Assembly (NCBI GenBank): GCA_036172245.1 | Contig: JAYWIR010000049.1 | Coordinates: 1-64,000 of the forward strand | Source of the DNA: Raillietiella orientalis | Lineage: Eukaryota | DNA length: 64,000 nt | Direction of reading: 5' to 3' | Shown: in pieces, positions 59,401 to 64,000 of the stretch | Layout: each line of letters starts with the position of its first letter | How positions within the stretch are numbered: position 1 is the first letter of the stretch | The notes under the pieces: generated by a model | Seen by the model: the letters and a program-made list of their open reading frames with translations, nothing else | The model's database searches: none | Told to the model about the DNA's origin: nothing | Program-made: the position numbers and the translations under genes

Positions 59401-62356
59401 CCTCGCAGAACTCGCGGACCGAGGCCTTGAAGAGGTCCCAATCTTTGAGACTGCGGAGGGTGACGCCTCTCAGGAATTCGCGAAGGTGTTCTTTCGCACC
59501 TGAGAGGCGCGTCCAGTTCCCAGACAACCGCCACGCCCTGGACGGGGGTCCCTTGTCGCGCGGGCACACCTCGAATATATATCTGGAATGGTTAGACAGT
59601 TCCGACGCAACTTTCCCCCGTTTGCCGACCCGCGAGCACAGGTCGACGTCGAGGAAGACGTGGTCGATGCTGCTGACCATTTCCGGGATTTCTTCTAACA
59701 AGTTGCGCGTGCGCATGGCAGCGCACAACTCGTTAGCTGTCCGTTTCTGTGTGCGTGGCTCACCTGATAGCAGGCGGAGATTGAAGTCTCCCGCTATCAG
59801 GTGAGCCACGCGCACGTTCTCTTCGACCAGCCAGTCGTGCTTCAGGATTTCCGGGAACGCTTCGCGTTCCCGGTACCTGTTATAACCGCTCGGGGCGTAT
59901 ACGTTTGTTACGACGAGGTCGATCGTGTCGAACCATCTGAGAATCAGCTGGCCGACACGACCGGCTTCGTCGAAGCGCAAGCCCTTCACGGCAGCGTCGA
60001 CTGCCGGCTTCATGAAAAACGCGACGCCGCAGGTGTTTCGGGTGCCGCATTGCCACAGCAGCCGCCCCCCTGCGATCCTCTCGATCTCCTGGGCGTTCTC
60101 CCCGGTGATCACGTGGATCTCCTGCAGGAGTGCCAGGTCGAAGTCACGCAGGGTGGCTGCCGTGTCCCGTCTGTTGCTGTCGTCGCGCAGCCCGTGGACG
60201 TTCCAACATGCCACACGCAATCGACAGCGACAGGCGAGCCCAGGTGTTATTCCCGGGAAAGTGGCAATGGACCTCCCGCCACCTGGTCGGGCGGGACGGA
60301 TGGAGGCATGGGGGCACCGCGCACCGGTTCTCCCTCCTCCATGGGGGCCGATTCCTCGTCGGACCGCAACGGTTGAAGGGAGCATGCTTCACGCACCTGC
60401 TTCCCCTTTTCCATAAGGGCCGATTCCTCGACTGCGTTGGACGGCAGGGGGGAGCGGTTCTCAGCTGTCTGCTTCCCCTCTTCCATAACCATCTTCTCCG
60501 CAGGCTCCACCGGTGGAAGGGGGAGGCAATGCCCTACCTGCTACCCCTCCTCCATGGGGGTGGCCGGCTGCTCGGTGGCGGAGGGTGGGAAAATTCCTCC
60601 CTCCGTTCCCACGCTGCCGGCTTCCCCCTCGGCTGCCGGTGCGTCCCCCACGCTCTTCGTCGGGATGCGCCTCTTGGGATTCTTTGACTTCCGTCCAGTC
60701 TTCTTCGGAGGTGCCTCCGTGGAAGAGGACGGACTTCCAGCATCCGGGTCGTGGTCACCTGTCGGAGGTGCCCTGGTCGCGGCCGGCCTTCGCGAGGCCT
60801 TTCGCGCGCTGTTCTCACGGTCGGCGAGTTCGGCCGCGAGCTCTTCCGCCGCCTGCTGGAAGGCGGCCTAGTCGATCGCGGAGAGCGCGTCGCGCGGTTC
60901 CCCCTCGGTTTGCACAGAGGGTTCGCCTTCCGTGATCGCGTTATCGTCGGCGTCGACGCGGGGGATATCTCCCCCGGTGGCGGTCTCGGGTACCTCCACA
61001 CGCTCCAAAGCAACCGAACATTCGCGGATCAACGCGCGCCGTTGTCTCCTATTTAAAGGAGACGTCGCGGGTTCCGCTGTCGACCCTTCGGTTTTCATAA
61101 TTTTCTTGGCTTTAGTCTTCGCCTTCTGCCAGCCTTCGCTCTTTTCAGCGTCGTCGGTAGATTCCACGACCGGCGTTTGCTGTACGGGCTCGGGCTCCGG
61201 CTGTGGGTTCCGTCTCACGGGTGCCTTCGCAGGCTTTTCCGTAGCCCCCGCGCGTTTCCCTTTGGCCTTTTTGAAGGCAGCGAAAGCCGTGGGTTCGCGA
61301 TTCGTGCACACTTTGCGGAGGTGGCCCTCCTCTCCACAGTGGAAACACTGGATGTGAGGGCACCGCTTTTTCAGGTGCCCTGTGGCATCACAGTGTCCAC
61401 AGTACTTGGGCTTGCCCACGTATCAGACGTCGACGGTCTCGTTGCCGACGTCTAGTTTGTGGGGTAGCCCACCGTTTTCGTGGACGGTTACACGCGCACC
61501 AGCCATGCCACTAAACAGTCTTTCGTAACTCTGGAAGACGTTGGGCTTGGTCCATAGCGCATGAACCGTTCCGTATTTTCCGAGTTCCTCCTGCACGTCG
61601 GCTTTCGACATGCGGAGGGTGACTCCCGTGAGGTGCGTCACCACGGAGCGATCCTCCGTTACCGGGAAAACCTTTCGGCCTTCCAGTGTGATTGGCGTAT
61701 TCAGGAGGTGTCGAGCAAGGCTTGCATTTCTGCAAGTCACCTCCACCTGTTAACCACCACTCAACACGGAAAGACCTTCCAGGTCTTCCTCTTTTACATT
61801 CAACCGCTGCAACTCCCTATCGAAGTTGCGAGCGGTGTTATCGATAAACAGATTGCCTACCTTGTATATCAGGGACGGCTTGTATCCCTTCTCCAGGTAG
61901 GCTTTCTGCTCGGCGAGGGCGGCTGGAGATGGGACTGCAGCAACTGAACTCCAGGTCTTCGGCGATGCCGAAGACGCTTTCGAGGGTGCAGGTGCCCCCT
62001 TTTTCAAGGAGGCGGTTGCGCCCTTTTCCAGGGTTGCGGTTGTCCCATTATTCAAGGGGGCGGTTGCACCCTGTTCCAGAGGGGCTTTAGTTCCCTTTTT
62101 CAAGGGGGCCTTTGCCCTCACTTCCGAGGCGGCGGTTGCCCCCTTTTTAAGGGGTGCGGCTGCCGTCGCCTCCGTGAGGGCGGTTGCCCCCACCTCCGTG
62201 GGTTGCGGAGAGGAGCAAGCCTCTCCCCCTCCTATATCCATCGCGGTGTCCACAGGCATTTCTGCCATTGGACACCGCAGATGCTTCACCCACAAACACA
62301 ATCGAAATCAACCGCTTTACACCAGGCGCAATGGAGCGCTACAAAAACACGTCCGC
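56478..62356 (-). mobile_element. Element O: full-length copy (about 5.88 kb) with a 15-bp TSD and a 757-aa open RT-CCHC frame (56684-58957)
   Basis: acgctaagttgatag at 56463-56477 and acgccaagttgacag at 62357-62371; GCGGACGTG start; EN ORF 59066-60385. Confidence 0.95.
61985..62175 (-). repeat. Approx. 24-bp coding tandem repeat (ATAPLKKG-like) in the O ORF1 N-terminus
   Basis: APLKKG, APLEQG, APLNNG, ATLEKG and ASLKKG units; absent from the G ORF1. Confidence 0.8.
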
Positions 62357-62627
62357 ACGCCAAGTTGACAGCAGGGCTATGGGCTTCGCGTCTCAGGCAG
62401 GTGGCAGATTCCATAATTAGCACAGAGCAGACATATGCTGTTCCCGGGCGATGTATGGATGCCAACCTCTTCTTCGCAAGCACATGGGTGCACCTGCAGA
62501 GAAGAGAGTAGAAAGGGATAGGGAAAGTCAGCAACCCCACATTGGGGCCGCCAGCCGGGCTGGGAAGGGATCCCCGGGCGGGGAGGGGGGCCCTAGCGCT
62601 CGCAGTCGATCTCCACAAGGCGTTCGA
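62357..62627 (+). mobile_element. Element N, segment 2, ending in the RT motif DLHKAFD
   Basis: Matches 28321-28591. Confidence 0.9.
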
Positions 62628-64000
62628 TTTTCACACGGATTACGCCGGGGCGTTTATTGTAAAATAAACTTCTACAAAGAAGTACGGTGGCTGGACCATT
62701 GCTCCAGCCACGCACAAAGAAACAGAGCCGGCCGGGTCACCGGTTCGCGGACCGGTACGGTCCACCACGGCAGCAGGGGGAAGGGGGAAAAACAAAAAAC
62801 AAAACAAAAAAGAAAAGAAAAGTTGGGAGGGTAAGGGAAGGGATCACAGTTGCTGGTGGGGCCGTCGCATCCTTTGCAGAATGCCGGCAAGCTCCTTCTG
62901 TATTCCTGGATCCAGGTGGTGACATCGGGACGCCCTCCTCAGGAACTGGGAGGCTGGCTGGATAGCACCCTGGTCGCGTTGTGCTCTCGTAGCCTTGCTC
63001 CAAGCAGTGACAATCCCGCGTAGGCAGCACAAAGCTGCTAACGAGGCCGCTGGCCGGAGGGCGTTGGCAAAAAGAGGGCTTTCAGTGCGCCCTGGGGTTG
63101 TCGCAGGGGATTCCGATGGCCGCGGCAAAGCGAAACCAAAGGGGCCGAAGTGCAACACAATCCACTAGCAGGTGGGGGAGGGACTACCGTTCCCCACACC
63201 TGACGCAATTAGGGTCCACCGCACCCCAGGTACAGTGGTGTCGGCGGGCGTTGCAGGAAAGTCCCCAGTGCTGCAACAGGAGAGCCGACTCCTGCCATTT
63301 TAAATGGAGGGAGGAAGTGTTCATGAGCACCGGGGGCCACTTCAGATGTTCAATGGGAACATCGAGCGGCGCGCCCCAGCGCAGAAGTCCATTGGGAGGC
63401 GTACTCGGGGTCGCAGCATCTGTTAACTGGCCCGTCTTCCACTCTCCTATCTTCTTCTCCTTTCCGGAGATTGTTATTGTAACCACCCACTTCGCCGCAA
63501 CATCGCTGTTCCGATCTTCCATCAGGGAGGGCAGCGCAGCAGCGAGGGGGGTTCTTCCTGCCCACGCTCTCTTCTTTGGATCCTCCAGGATCTCGCAGAG
63601 CGTGCAACTTCTATAACCCCCAAACAGGAACCTTCGTTCCTGTTGGGAGCGTTGCATGCCGAACTGTCCCCACGTTCGGACGGTTTCCTGCAACCAGGCA
63701 CTACCGTTCAACGGGCGACAGGTGAGCAATCCTGGGTTTTTCCGATACAGCGCAGCCACCCTCCGTAGCTGGAGTCCGCATCGGTTGACGCGGCGACGGA
63801 GTGCAAGAAACGACGTCAGTCCCGTCTTGCCGGTGGTTTGCTGGAGAAGGAGACGTGCAGGGACGCACCAACAGGTGCACCACAACTCTAGAACGAGTGC
63901 CGACAAGCATAACTGGAGCTGAAGCTCCAGCCGCTATAGCGACAGGAGGCCCAGACTACCATCCCGACGAGGAGCTCACAAGTCCTTTAAGCGGACTCGG
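62628..64000 (-). mobile_element. Element P (family A type 3' end), running off the window
   Basis: Near-identical to 39241-40610; AATAAA-hairpin terminus. Confidence 0.92.

Noticed and set aside
1..64000. Bacterial RT systems (group II intron, retron, DGR, CRISPR-RT)
   Set aside because: Each RT is fused to an APE endonuclease and CCHC finger, follows a gag-like ORF1, and has TSDs and AATAAA ends. I found no repeat-spacer array, msr-msd or intron domain V.

Overview
Eukaryotic repeat DNA with no recognisable host gene. Almost all 64 kb consists of about 18 copies or fragments of related L1/Tx1-like non-LTR retrotransposons in both orientations. ORF1 is gag-like with CCHC knuckles; ORF2 has an APE endonuclease, a YADD reverse transcriptase and a C-terminal CCHC finger. 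Nearly all copies are broken by stops or frameshifts. The letters A, D, E, F, G, H, J, M, O and Q are my own family labels. Target-site duplications (TSDs) and split reading frames reconstruct deep nesting: A2[H[E2[G1,F]]] over 14.7-39.2 kb, L[M] and N[O]. Most families share signals I can read directly. At the 5' edge there is a (G)YGGACGY, DPE-like motif. In the 3' UTR there is a hairpin with a CTGCGT loop and compensatory stems. At the 3' end there is AATAAA followed by a CCCGG..CCGGG stem-loop and no poly(A) tail. Other points of note are a conserved ECxVxLER motif in ORF1, an endonuclease that appears to lack the usual recognition hairpin, chimeras joined at YADD, and head-to-tail dimers. 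The best candidate for a new system is a lineage of tail-less, structure-terminated LINEs that cluster on themselves. All identities are judged by eye and the clade assignment needs an RT phylogeny.
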